Shown in pieces: positions 26,901 through 39,856 of a stretch of 64,000 nt of DNA. Position 1 is the stretch's first letter; each line of letters begins with the position of its first letter. Under the pieces are notes generated by a model that did not search any database, had not been told where the DNA came from, and saw only the letters and a program-made list of their open reading frames with translations. This DNA comes from Lingula anatina (lineage: Eukaryota > Animalia > Brachiopoda): assembly GCA_051362555.1 (NCBI GenBank), contig CM120640.1:57018788-57082787 (forward strand), in the 5' to 3' direction. Position numbers and translations under genes: made by a program.

Positions 26901-29900
26901 TTAGATTGGTCATGAGCCTCAGCTCTGATATTATACTAAGAAAAGGCAAATTGTGTATACTAAATTTTAGAGATTTTATCTATTCATCTTCAGGGGTCAT
27001 TCTATTGAGCATTGTATAGTGGTTCGTCACTTGAGTCCCAGCGAGGAGAGTGTGAGGGAAGATGCTGGGGCAGGTGACCTTGACATCCCGTCAGAGTCGG
27101 ACGATGATTCTCAGCCACCTGCCAAGAGACCTTGTAAAATATCGGTAGGTGGACTCTTTTTCTGTTTTCAATTTTAACATGTTGAATAATTGATGATGAT
27201 GTAAAAATTGATACTCTATTAAGAAAATTCCCAATGTTCCGATAATAGTGAAAAAAATATCAATTTGCATGACCAAGGTACGTTTACTTTCAAATGGCCA
27301 CACAGTCTGCATTAGAAAATTGTAACAATTATAAATGATATCTGTGCTTACCACTTGGTAAGCAATGTTGAAAGGTAGACGCTGCAATACTGTTATCTTT
27401 GATGACTTTCCTTTTTTTTTCATGCATGTCATCATTACTTTGTGTTTCTCCTCTATTTTATCCTTTATATCCTGATGGGACTTTATTGGATGAAAATTGT
27501 TTAAATCTGGTCTTTTAGGTGGTATGTGTCAAGAATTCTGGGTGTTCCAACCTACTTAAATTATGGTTTGAACCAGAATTGTTTTGTTTGAACGAGTTTT
27601 CTTTCAATTAACCCAGATTTTTATCAAAGCACATTTGCATTTTTTACCTATTATTAGTAGCATTTCACTTGAGTGATAAAGCATGCTCACACACTTTGAA
27701 GTTCTATTAATGTAACACTGAGCACTTAGGTGCTTGTTTTCACTAACTTACAAATGATTATTGAAAATTTTCTGTACAAAATTTATTTTCATTCACTCTC
27801 GCTAAGTGGGATTTTTATGCACTTTCTCTTTTCATCTGTTATTTCCTTTTCTGTGCACCTGGAAGCTGGTAAAGTTTTATGTCAGTTAATTGAACAGCAT
27901 TGTACTCATTTGTTCAGCATTTTGTTTTAGTTGTGTATGCATGTTGATAATTAATTTTTAAAATTTTAAATATTGCACTGTGATATTCCTCATGGAGGAT
28001 AAAAATGCATGTGGTTTATAGAAATATGTCTTTTTAATTAAAATTTTTGATAAATGAAAGTTTTTCGTGTAACATCATATTATTGGCAATTAATTATTTC
28101 AGGAGTAAAAAAGAAAAAGAAAATGATTGTTTTCTGTCTGCACATATGTTCAGCCAAACACACACTGCATAATATCACACATACACATCAGAATAGAATG
28201 AAAGACCTGTCCATTTGTTTCGTCTTACAGCCATTAATATATGGTCAATTTTTGAATGTCTCGTGCTTTTTAGTACTAGTTGAAACAAGAGCTGTCCATT
28301 GTATGTGACGTACAAGAACATAATTGTATTGAGGCACAGTAGAGATATAATTTGCTATTGTATGATGTATTCAGTGGATGATGAGTAGTTGTAACTGACT
28401 TGTCCACGGCTGGTGCTTCAAACAAAAGGATGAATGCACTGAAACTTATGAAAATACAGATAAACTTGTAAGCGAAATACAAGTGCAAGTATCCTGTTGT
28501 TCAATGTGCCAGCCATGGGATAAAGGTTAATATATGGTATAAAAAGGCATTGTTATTGTTTTTATTACTATCATTTGCTTCAGATTGCTTTTATTATCTT
28601 TTGACAAAGTATATAATATTGAAATCTGTTGTCTTTGCAATGCTTTCTAATTTTTTTCAAAATGGTTAAATTTCTTTCTGAATTATTATTGTCTGGAAGC
28701 TGAAATATTTCAGTCGGTGTATGTTATATGAAGCTAGTTTGTAACCTGCTTATAAATTTTTAGTGTACTCGGTAGCACTAAACCTCACATTCAAAAACAT
28801 TATAAAAGTTTTGTTTTTTTTACTTTGCAAATTGCTGTTATTACTTGTACAGACAAAATGAAATTGCCAACATGTTTTAAATTTATCTATCTTACAAGAT
28901 TTTTATGGGTTAAATTATTGAATGTCAGTCTAAGAACACAATAGAAAGTAATTTTTTCCTTCTGCACTGCTCAGATTGGGTGGACAAAGGGGCGAGATGT
29001 GTGGTGGCATCAGGTGATGGCCAATGTTAGTGACCAGTGTGAACCTGAATGGATGGATGCTGAAGACCCTCTGTTTATGTTATATACAAGGTAATAATAA
29101 TACTCTGAGTGAATGGATGTATTCTGAATATCCATTCATTATATTAGAATGATAATAGTTTATGGACCTCTGAGTGTTCCACATTACCACATTGGCTAGC
29201 TCTCTGCACTTCTTGGCATTAGAATATAAGAATAGTATGATTTATAAAAAGGAAAATTGAGATGACTTTTACAAGGAAACGAGCATTAGAATTACATGTA
29301 GCAGTCAAGATGTTACATTTATATTGTTATTTTCATGTAAAACCGACAGCTAATTCACAAGTCAAAAGATGATGCCCAATTTTTGGTATGCCGGTTATAA
29401 AGAGGCCATATATTATCTCTTTATTATGCATATCAACATTCACATTCTAGTGGCTCCACAGGAAAACCAAAAGGTGTTCTGCATACAATAGGAGGGTACA
29501 TGTTGTACTCAGCCACAACCTTCAAGAATGTGTTTGACTACAAACCAGGAGAGGTCTACTGGTGCACTGCTGATGTCGGCTGGATAACGGGACATACATA
29601 TATCACATATGGACCACTGGGAGTGGGAGCCACAGGGATTATTGTAAGGAAGATGGAGAATAGCATAGTTTTATTAATTTGAAATTAAACTACGAGTGAA
29701 AGAAATATACAGAGGTATTGATATATCAATACTGTATTGTTTTCATTCAGGGTACAATGAAATGTCAAAGTTAGGTGGTGTCAAGCTAAAATGTTTTGTT
29801 TGAAAAAGGTATGACCAAAATTTTGGCTTAATATTCATGTATTTTCACCAACTAGCATAAAACTGTAATTAACCAATGTTTTGATAGTTGGTTGATACTT

Positions 29901-32900
29901 TTGGTTCTTATTACTTTTAAATAATGATAATTCAGTGACTGGGGTACATAAAGTCTGTAGCCTTGTGAATAATCATAGTACATTTTCCTCCTCAGTTTGA
30001 AGGCATCCCCACTTATCCAGATCCTGGTCGTTTCTGGGCCATAGTAGACAAGTACAAGGTCAATAAGTTTTACACTGCACCCACTGCCATTAGGGCTCTC
30101 ATGAGATATGGAGATGCTCATGTTAAAAAGTAGGACTGAGTGAAACTTTCTTTTACCTTCTATTTTATTTAAGTAGATGGCACACTTCCTAAAAGGCTAT
30201 CTTTAGATTATGTTCAATTGTTGTGTAATCTTTACAATATTTATTTGAGACCCAAGTTCTCCAGCACGTGGATATAAGCATATTTCTACTCTATATGTTT
30301 CCAGATACAGCAGGTCTTCCCTTAAGGTCCTGGGCACAGTTGGGGAGCCTATCAACCCGGAGGCCTGGTTATGGTACTACCATACTGTAGGGGAAGGAAA
30401 GTGCGCCATTGTAGACACCTTCTGGCAGACTGAAACGGTAATATTAAACTGCATTTTTTTATTTTCGCCATTAGCTTTCTTGCAAATGGTATCTCAACTT
30501 CTAGAAGAAATTCTTCTTTCAGTATCAGTATAACTTTTGGGAAACTAGTGATGAAATATTTAGCATATTTTCTTTAGTTTCCACTCATAGTGGTATTTTC
30601 AATGACATGCGTGCAATTCAGTCCAGCGTCTTGTATATTTTTAATATAAGTCTTGGCCATTTCTTTGCCATGTGTTATTCCTTTTATTTGAACTCTTATT
30701 GATATTGATTGATATCTTGATGTGGCATAATTTCAGGGAGGTCATGTGGTCACACCATTGCCAGGATGTACACCATGCAAACCTGGATCTGCTGTAAGAA
30801 TTCCTCAGACTTATTATCCTGATTATATATATCTGATTATTTGTAACACATCTAGAGATGTTGCTTAGAATTTTGATTATCATTTAGTACTTTCTTTTCA
30901 AAAACAAAGTGTACAGATTACTATCCCAATATGTATACTTTTCAAGGCTTTACCTCTCTGAATTGTCTTGGTGTAGTTATGTCGTAAATTTGAATGGGTT
31001 ATTGTTGAACTATGTTACAGACATTCCCATTCTTTGGAGTTGTACCTGAGCTGCTTACTGAAGAGGGGGCCGTTATTGAGGGAGAAGGAGAGGGATATTT
31101 GGTAAGAAAAGGAAGTCATTGAGGGAAGAGAAGAGATATTTGGGGGTTGTGTGTGTGTGTGTGTGTGTGTGTGGGGGGGGGGGGGGGGTATCATTAAGGG
31201 AAAAGTATATCTGATAAATTCTTATACATGATATTGTTGCAGTTTTTGTACACATTGCCTGAAAGTTCATATTTGCAAAGTTGATGTTTTTTCTTTTCAA
31301 TTACCATCTTTTGAATGATGAATTTATTTTGTACTGTTTAAGTCAAAATTTATTTTGTGAAATTTAAGTTTTTGTTATTATAGCTTTTGGTGGTATCATG
31401 TTATTGTTTCAATATACTGGACTGATTTTCAAAATTCAGGTTTTCAAGCAGCCCTGGCCTGGCATAATGAGAACTGTGTATGGAAACACAGAGCGATTTG
31501 AAACTACTTACTTCAAAAAGTTCCCAGGATATTATGTAACTGGTGATGGTAAGGTCAATTCTCTCAGTGTAGTTTCTAAAATTCACAAAAAGATATGTAA
31601 GAATGTGCATTGGTAGGTCACTTAAGTTATAGCTTTTGGTTAATGTGTTTATTGGTAAGAAATTTAAATGCTTTTTAATTTTACGATTGAAGTACAAAAT
31701 ACTGGATTTTTTACTTGATATGGTTCAGTGTTTAACCTTTTAGCTAATTGTAGTTCATTCTACTTTGCTCACTTTGTTACATGACCTTGGTTTTCAGGAG
31801 CCAAAAGAGATAAAGATGGCTATCTTTGGATAACTGGTCGTATTGATGATATGGTGAATGTATCTGGTCACTTGCTCAGTACTGCTGAGATAGAGTCTGC
31901 ATTGATAGAGCACAAGGCTGTGGCAGAGGCAGCTGTTGTGTCACATCCACACCAAGTCAAGGGAGAGTGCACATATTGTTTTGTCACTTTGAAAGAGGTA
32001 TGGCAATGTGTGATTATTGCATAGCACTGAAATTACCTCCTTGCGTAACAACAACTTTGTAGTTGAGCATGCTATGTTCATTTTACAAACTTCTCAGCAT
32101 TTCAGGCCTTGATTATAAACACCTGTATAGTGAATTTTTGTGATATAGAAGAACGTTTTTTTAAGAATTATACCTTGAAATGGTGATTATGAATGTTAAC
32201 ATGTATACATGTTAAAATGTATGTACATAAAATGATGTATACATAATAAGCACTCATTGGGTCTTTATCACTGATACCCTTATATTAAACTGGTGATAAG
32301 TGTGAGTGTCAGATTCTTTGCCAAGGCAGATTTGAACACTAGGAATTAAAAAAAAAATTTACTTTGTCACAATATGGCATACTAACAAGCACCTATCCAC
32401 ATATCCCTCCTCTTGCCTTAGAACCAAATTTTCCAGTTCCTCTTAATGCATTTCATTCTTTGTCCATTGGTGCTTCAATTTTTTTTACTCGTTGAACGCA
32501 GTGATGACCATGATAGGATTGGTCAATTTTGTATATGCTGCATTGACTTGATTCCAGACAAATGCTTGAAAGTTGACATGCGCCTTTAGGGTGGCCTACA
32601 GGGTGGCAGATAGCTCTTGTCAGTACCTTTCTCATTTGATAGAACTTGCTTTTTTAAAGTTTGCAATAACAAAGACATATCTCAGTCTGTTGGTGTCTTG
32701 ATTATCTGGCAGTTCCTCTTGTTAAAGGATGCATCTGAGTTATCTGTCTGCTCTTGATTGACAGTTGGGCTTGTACCCAAGGTGTAGTTGACCTACAGAC
32801 TATTATGCCACTCCTCACATCTACTTATCTATTTTCAGGGCAACCAATATTCTGAGGACCTGGCACATGAGCTTAAAAAGAAGGGTAAGTGTTACAGACA

Positions 32901-33292
32901 CCAAGGCTTCTTCATCTTGGGATGAAAATCTCTAGCTTTATGACAGTCAACGGTTTGTATATTTGTAAATTTTTTGGTTTTCACTGCTCACAGATTTAAC
33001 AGCTAATACTAGTAAGTGAAATAACTGAAAAAAAATAATCTGGATAAAATATCAGGAATAGTGAATAGAAGATGCAGTTTTTTCTGTTTCAGTTCGCAGT
33101 AAAATTGGACCTTTTGCACAGCCAGATTTCCTGCAGAATGCCCCAGGACTGCCAAAGACAAGGTCAGGGAAAATCATGCGCCGAGTTCTTCGCAAGATTG
33201 CACGTGGCGATAGAGATGTGGGTGATGTCACTACCCTCGCAGATGAAAGCGTCATCGAAACTTTGTTCAAACTTCGTCCAAGTGATGCATGA
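20980..33292 (+). CDS. ACSS2: Acetyl-CoA synthetase, cytoplasmic type (16 coding exons)
   Basis: Exons 20980-21305, 23709-23800, 24748-24851, 25391-25463, 25862-25937, 26994-27144, 28975-29090, 29451-29643, 29996-30129, 30305-30437, 30737-30793, 31021-31101, 31440-31548, 31798-31997, 32839-32884, 33093-33292. Motifs: [53 protein letters not shown]. No mitochondrial presequence. Acidic/basic loop PPAKRPC as in ACSS2. Confidence 0.96.
22754..22925. mobile_element. hAT-like MITE with 5-bp TSD in ACSS2 intron 1
   Basis: Imperfect TIRs CAGGCCCTTAGCCAG / CTGGTTACGGGTCTG with G- and C-runs, flanked by TTATC on both sides. A partial related end (CAGACCTGTAGCCAGCAATTTCA) lies near 17937. Confidence 0.8.
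31148..31188. repeat. (GT)n microsatellite followed by poly-G
   Basis: Directly visible in ACSS2 intron 12. Confidence 0.95.
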
Positions 33293-35004
33293 TAAGTTTA
33301 GACTACTTGGGATATATGTTACGTCAGACTGTTGGAGATCTTTAGTTTTATGAGTTACAAGTTTGCCTTTTGATGAAAGAGATATGTTAACATTTAGACT
33401 TGCATGTTCACAGCTGCAGCAAGTTAGCAGTTTGTCTTGCTGTTATATTAAATGTAGGATGTCTTTCAGTAGACATTATGAAAGCAATGCACTGCATTAG
33501 GTGGTAATATTTGCATAACTACAATGGTTTTAGAATTGTACATCATGAATGCAAATTTTAATATTATTTTTATAGTATAGAGAATAGAAAAGATAAATTT
33601 CTGTTGTTATGCAGGCATGTAATTGTATTGTGTGGTGTTTGTAAATGTTAACAGCATGTTGATAAAAGAATATTCAGTACATTGACTCTAGGAATAGTGT
33701 ACTATTGAATTATTCAAATTTGTGACTTTCATTTGCAAAACTGTGATTTATTTTGACAAAAGATTATTATAACATAATTTAGAATTCAGGTATATGTATG
33801 TTGTGTGGATTGTCATTTCCAGCCATTTGGTGAAGACAAGTAGGTTACTTTCTGTGTGTTCTGTTCAAAGAAGAGGTGCAGGGTATATATTTTGAACTTT
33901 ATTCAAGTGAAATATTAGTGTTTCAAGGGTAAATATGGTTTAAAAAACTGGATTTTATTACTATGCTGCAAACAGCACACGAGCGCTGAATTGTAAAATA
34001 ATTTGCTGTAAATGTAAAAATATATGAAGTTCTCTCATTCCAAGCACAAGCAGGCTATATTTCAAAACGATATTGATTTACCAAAAAATTTTTTTTCTCT
34101 TATTTTGTAGGGTATTCATTCAAACGAGGCTTTATAGGTAGAAATCTCGAACAGAATGTTTCAAGATCATTTTGGGTGTTACAAATGTTCTGAATAATTG
34201 TGTGTTTTAGTAGAAAAGAAATGAAGACAAAATGACTGTTTTTTTCTGCCATTCAGGTGAATAATCATGTCATGATATCCTGAATATGTGGAAAACAGTA
34301 AGTCAAAGAGGTGATCATATGTCAAAGTGGATTTTTCTGGTCTTAGACTGTGCGTGGTAGAAACGAAAGACTTGCAAAACAAAATAAAAAGTTAGGATCA
34401 TATAAATCGTAAAGTTGCTTTCATCGTACACTTTTATTCTGTCGCTTACCTTTGGCTAATGCGATACTTGCAACTTGTCGAGGAATGAAAACCAAAGTCC
34501 TTGGTTTCAAAATCATCACAGCTTTTTTTCCCGTATTCGCCTTAGAAAAATTATCACATCTAGTTCAAAATGAAAAATGAAATTAGCCCGAGCTTCTAAG
34601 CCCGAGCTTCTAAAAAAGTCGTGAACACACCTTTGCGTACTTCAGGTCCTTATAATTTTTTCATGGTTAACACGCAGCCGTACGCTAAAAATTGCAAAGT
34701 CTTTCGATTAATTTGATTTATGGATGCGGGACCTATGCACTGCATATTATAACTTATGACCAGCGTAACGGCGTAGATCAACGCAGCGTATTTTGTGCAT
34801 GCCCAAAAATATCGGGCGTATTGGATCGTACTGTGCGAATGTTAGAATGCGATTTAGATGCACGTGGGGTGCGTATTGGGCGAAAAGAAGTATCAATGCG
34901 CAACTGGTAAAGAATTATGATACGCCGAATCAAGGTGAGGTAAGGTGAACAGTTCTCAAATGCGCTGGGCTGAAGACCCGTCCTCTGCTGGGCCCAAATA
35001 TTCG

Positions 35005-35045
35005 GCCTGTTATAAGTTGGAACTGAGAGCGAACGTACGTGGTTG
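35005..35045 (+). promoter_or_regulatory. Putative mos TATA box region
   Basis: TATAAG at 35011-35016, about 60 nt upstream of the ATG at 35074, within a CpG-retaining stretch. Confidence 0.45.
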
Positions 35046-35073
35046 AATTGCGCGGCAGATAAAAATTATCAAA

Positions 35074-35370
35074 ATGCCGGGATGTCGAGTCGTCAATTCT
35101 CCCTTGGCAAGAGCAAGTCCCAGGAGAGTTCTCGGCGCTAAAATACAGTTGAAAGATATAAAATTGGTGTCACTTGTAGGTAAGAACATTACATTACAGT
35201 AATTTGCAATGCAATTTCGTAATCTTGATGTGTAATTTGCCTCTTTTTTCACGATTGTAGAGGATCTCTTTAAAATTATTATCATTTTAAAATCAAACGC
35301 AGTATGATTGCACTGTATATATACATACATAAAGCACATCAGATCCGTCTCTCAGTAATGTAATGATACA

Positions 35371-35404
<34 letters not shown>

Positions 35405-36346
35405 GATTTCACAACGTAATAAGTGCTGAAATTTGTCTCGTTTCACAAAGAAAGAATCGATCTGAAAATCGATTAATAATTGTAATATGGACGCCTTTTT
35501 ATCTTTAAATATCAGTTAGCAGTACAAAAAGTTTTGGTTCTAGGCAGCGGTGGGTTTGGTTCCGTTTTTAAGGGAACTTACAAAGGACAAAACGTAGCTG
35601 TCAAGAAGTTGCACACGTATACCAAGAACCCAAAAGCACAGAAGGAAAGTTTCAAAGCAGAACTCCGGGTGCTTCGCCTGAGCCATCCAAATGTCGTGAA
35701 AACTTTTGCTTACGGATACAATGAATATGAATCGGGTGAGGTCTCGGACATCGGGTTCTTACTCATGGAGTATGCTGGAGACAGGAACCTGCAGCACATA
35801 ATAGACTGTGAACGTGAACTTTTGGATCCTCTCAGGCGTCTCAAATATGCCTTAGACATTGTATCAGCACTAGACTTTGCGCATGGAATCGGAATTGTTC
35901 ATTTGGACATAAAGCCAGCCAATATCATCATAAATGGCGACGACACATGTAAGGTGGGTGACTTTGGTTGCTGCCAGCATCTTGTGGAGGGTACGGGTCA
36001 GGTCAGTCCAACACAGCGTTCATACCTGACTGGAACATTTGCCTACAGAGCACCAGAGTTACTTAAAGGGGAAGCCCCGACTGCCAAAGCAGATGTCTAT
36101 TCTCTTGGGATCACCCTTTGGCAGATGCTGTCTAGAGAATCGCCATACTATAAGCAGAATCAGCATGTTGTAATATTTGGCGTCGTGGCATACAACCTCA
36201 GGCCAAAACTACCAACCAAGGATGACTGCCCGTTTGACTTGTGTTACCAAGATCTGTTTGTACAATGTTGGGACGCGGATAGAGCGATTAGGCCTTCGGC
36301 CTCAGAAATTAAGGAAGTACTGGAGATTTGGCGGGAATTTGCATAA
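35074..36346 (+). CDS. mos: Mos serine/threonine kinase (MAPKKK), 302 aa, two exons
   Basis: join(35074..35179,35544..36346). Splicing at G|GTAAGA and TTCTAG|GC restores IQLKDIKLVSLVG-SGGFGSVFKG. Mos-type motifs: SFKAEL..L.HPNVV, MEYAG.RNL, VHLDIKPAN, DFGCC, GTFAYRAPELLKGE, KADVYS.GITLWQM.SRE.PY, VVAYNLRP. Pro at residue 2. Confidence 0.93.
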
Positions 36347-37240
36347 TGATATTAAAAACGAAAAAGACACGCTTTCAGATCGCTAAGAGGCGAGACAATC
36401 GAGTGTATATGCTTATAAATTATTACATAAGCATTATGCCTTTTTTAATTTTTGATTTGATGTGGCCATACAGATATATAAAAGAACTTGTGTAATTGCA
36501 TTTGGTGTTTTGTGAATTGTATATGTGAAATGTGTTAATATTTTTCTTCCTATATTTCCTCAAAATGATATCGACTAGAACAATGAATGTATACATTTAT
36601 ATGTATTTATTTGTAAATTTTCATAATTTGTATAGATTTAATTTGAACTGTATATGTGTTAATATTCTCTTGTAAATATGTATACACGATTTTGTAAAAG
36701 TGGCAAATATCTAGCATGCAGACTTCAATGAGTTTGAAGTACCTGTACATATGTTGATATATTTTCTAAGTTCATTGGGTTTCATTTGTTTCAAATGTAT
36801 AGTGTAAGTAAGTCCTATGGAGCGCTGTAATATAGACATTTCAATGGAATCAGATTCGTCACCATCAAGGAAAATAGTCATTGACGATTTGATACCTTCG
36901 GCAAGACTGCTTAACTTCTTGCGGTGTCTGCATAGCATTTAGACTTTCTAATATGTATATAGTTCATTTCGTGGAAGTATAGGAATGTTTTCATCAACAT
37001 GTAGGACCTATCATATTTGGTGTTTATATCTGTAGGCCTATATAAAAAATTACTGTACATTCAAAGACAAATTGTACATTATATTGTTTTGCACGGACAG
37101 TTTCAATATGTACATAAGGGCATTGTAGATAGATATTTATTGTTTGTAGATAGTATGTATAAAAGAGTTAAGCCCTCACAGAAAAAAAATTAAATGATAT
37201 ATAAGAGACAGGTAAATTCCGTTTTGCTTATTAAAGAAAT
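36347..37240 (+). promoter_or_regulatory. mos 3' UTR with translational-control motifs
   Basis: CPE-like TTTTTTAAT at about 36441. Pumilio elements TGTAHATA at 36671, 36744, 36954 and 37109, plus TGTAGATA at 37124 and 37145. ATTAAA hexamers near 37189 and 37230. The true 3' end is not known. Confidence 0.55.
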
Positions 37241-38939
37241 GTTTTAAATATTTTTTATTTGCTATACATTTAAAATTAGTTACGTCATCAAATGTTAATT
37301 TTTTCTTCGTGTCAAGTCTAACATTGCCAAAATTGTTGGTTGTATAGGCCCAGGGGTGTTCTGTGTTTTGAAAGTTTCTTAGTTGCCACTTTTCGCGTCT
37401 TTTGACTTACTGCAATAACCATCATGAAAATCGTTCATAATAAAACGTAGATATATTTGATAACATTTTTTCTTTCAATCTCTTAAACAGCAAGTAAAGA
37501 CACTATATCTGCAGTCCCTGTTGGAATTGGTCTTCAAAGGTTTTGAATATTTACTCTTTCAGTTTAGGGCGCACGGAGTTTCAGAGGACACGGGAAACTC
37601 GCCCTTTTTATCAACATCCTTCAGAGGACAGAACTTGCGAGTAGGTCTACACTTTACACACCAAAACCCAATATAGAGGTGCAGTTGATGTCACAGGCAT
37701 GCTCATTAAAATATTTAGTACACAGATTGCAAACTATGCCTCATTATTTTGGGTCTCACGTGAAGAAGTTTATATCAAAGTTTTAGGCCTACTATCCTGG
37801 AACCATGATTAATAAAAAAAAAAAAATAATAATAATTCAACTTTTATCCCCAAAAAGGAACATATGCAAAACGTTCAACTATGAAACGTTTTACTCACTT
37901 TGAAAATTCAATTGTCTCTGGATTTTGTTCTTTGATTTATTTCCTACAAGTAGGGCCTATAACCTTGTAAAAAATTATACTAATCTTCTGTATAGAGCAA
38001 TTAATTATCTTTGAGCTACTTTAGTTTGCTCGTCACTGAATATTTAAAAAAATACACCCTACCGACAGTAAAATAAGCATTAAATAAATAATATTCCCCC
38101 TCGTGTTTCAAATATTATATAAGAGATGTCAAACTATCACGGAATCACAATATATTTTTCGGTCAGCAAAAGAAAGCATTGTTTTCACCAAGTACTTAAA
38201 CAAAATGAAACATTGTACCAATTTTTCTAGGGAACCTAGAAAATACCATAGAAGTAGAGAAAAGTATTAGCCATGACGCAAAGACCTTTGAGTTATAGTT
38301 TTAATATTTATAAAACGTCCTGACGTCACGTCTAATTTACTACAAAATATATCGGAAGTATCTTAACATCTAGATCTACGTACGTTACTGTAGGCCTACG
38401 TTTTTGGAACATACGTTAATATTTAGGGCTCTTTGCGTAATGTAAAAGACATGGTAAAAATTAAAATTTGAATTTAAATTGAGACAGTCATGGATTTTGT
38501 TCTATACACATAGGGCCTATATGTTTTAAAAATTGACTACAACTTTGAATTCATTCAATTTTATTATTTGACACTTCAACATGTGAAATGCACCTAGATA
38601 ATATTGGGTTTGGGTGTCCAGTGAGTAATCGCGATTATATGACCTTTTGGCGAAATGATAAATATCACTATTGCTGCCGTTCCTTTTTTATGGGATATAA
38701 ATTTTGCTGAATGAGCACAGCAGCAGTCTTGAATCCTAGCATGAAATTAATGCTCTCATTTGTGCGGCTTCTGAAATATACTCAGTGAGTAACTCACTGG
38801 ATGTGGTCACCGCGTTAGGAATAAAACGTAAGATGCTTGGTTGAAATAAGCTGATATAACTTCTTCATATTACACCTTCATGGGTATTATTCCACGCACC
38901 ATTGCACACATTCAACGTTTAGTGTTTTAAAAGGATCAG

Positions 38940-39626
38940 GGGCCGGTTTCACAAAGCAGTAGTTAGTTAGCGATCGGTAGTTAGCCTCTCGCTAGTTATA
39001 GTGCCGTTTCACGAAGCAGTCGCTAGTTCTCTCGCTCGTTATTGTCTCGTTGTTACCATGGATATTTAACGACTGGTCAGACCAGTCGCTAACTCTAGAG
39101 TTTCATCGTACGCATGCGTAATGAGTAAAATAAAAAGGTTGCTTAGTTACCGTTGTCTGTTGTTTGTCTTTGTATCCAATATGGCGGCTACCTTTCTTGC
39201 TATCCGTACCGCCAGACGGCAACGTAGACTACGACGTTTTCATGAAAGGCAGAATCTATTATAATATACACACGATGATGCAATTTACGAGAGGTTGCGC
39301 CTAGCTGTGACAAAAAGAGCGGCAAAAAGGTGGTGGAGATCCTTTACGACGACCTCAAAGCAGACGTTCTTATGCATTTCCAGCCACCAAAAATTGGAGA
39401 GTTAGTGCTTTCGTGGCACTTTTACGCAAGAGTTCCACTGCCGGTAGACGGTTTCGAGACTACGGTGAGTAACGAGAGAACTAACGACCGAACTTTACGA
39501 CTGAACTTAGCGATGAGTTAACTACTGCTTCGTGAAACACCCCTCGAAAATCGCTAAGTTTGCCCGTTAGCGAGGTAGTTCAGTAGTTAGTTGTTCTAAC
39601 TAACTACTGCTTTGTGAAACCGGCCC
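38940..39626 (+). mobile_element. Non-autonomous PIF/Harbinger deletion derivative
   Basis: TIRs GGGCCGGTTTCACAAAGCAGTAGTTAGTTAG / CTAACTAACTACTGCTTTGTGAAACCGGCCC with CAG/CTG flanks and an inner repeat of the TIR core. From 39181 it encodes MAATFLAIRTARRQRRLRRFHERQNLL*YTHDDAIYERLRL, which resembles Harbinger transposase N-termini. Confidence 0.85.
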
Positions 39627-39856
39627 CTGGTCGGTCTGTTGAAATAAACCGCGCGCCTCTCAGTGAGCTCTCTCACTGGCCTTCAAATGACCCCAGTGCC
39701 CTCTAGGGGAAAATCCCGTAGTTATGTTAAAATTAGGCACCAGAAAGCAGTGGGTTCAGGGGTAGTTCTTAAAACCGAATTTTGCATGGGCGATAGTTTG
39801 TCCTTGTACTGAACTTCATTTGATTTTAAATAATAGTAGACAAGGGAACAACGACA

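Noticed and set aside
29108-29140. Small hairpin TGAATGGAT...ATCCATTCA near an ACSS2 donor
   Set aside because: Short and AT-rich; compatible with chance.
6149-34612. Short tandem duplications (near 6149, 10207, 18775, 34585)
   Set aside because: Two or three copies of 12-18 bp are ordinary slippage products.
35534-35543. TTG start for the kinase ORF as given in the ORF track
   Set aside because: These bases are the intron acceptor; the upstream exon at 35074 supplies a proper ATG and completes kinase subdomain I.
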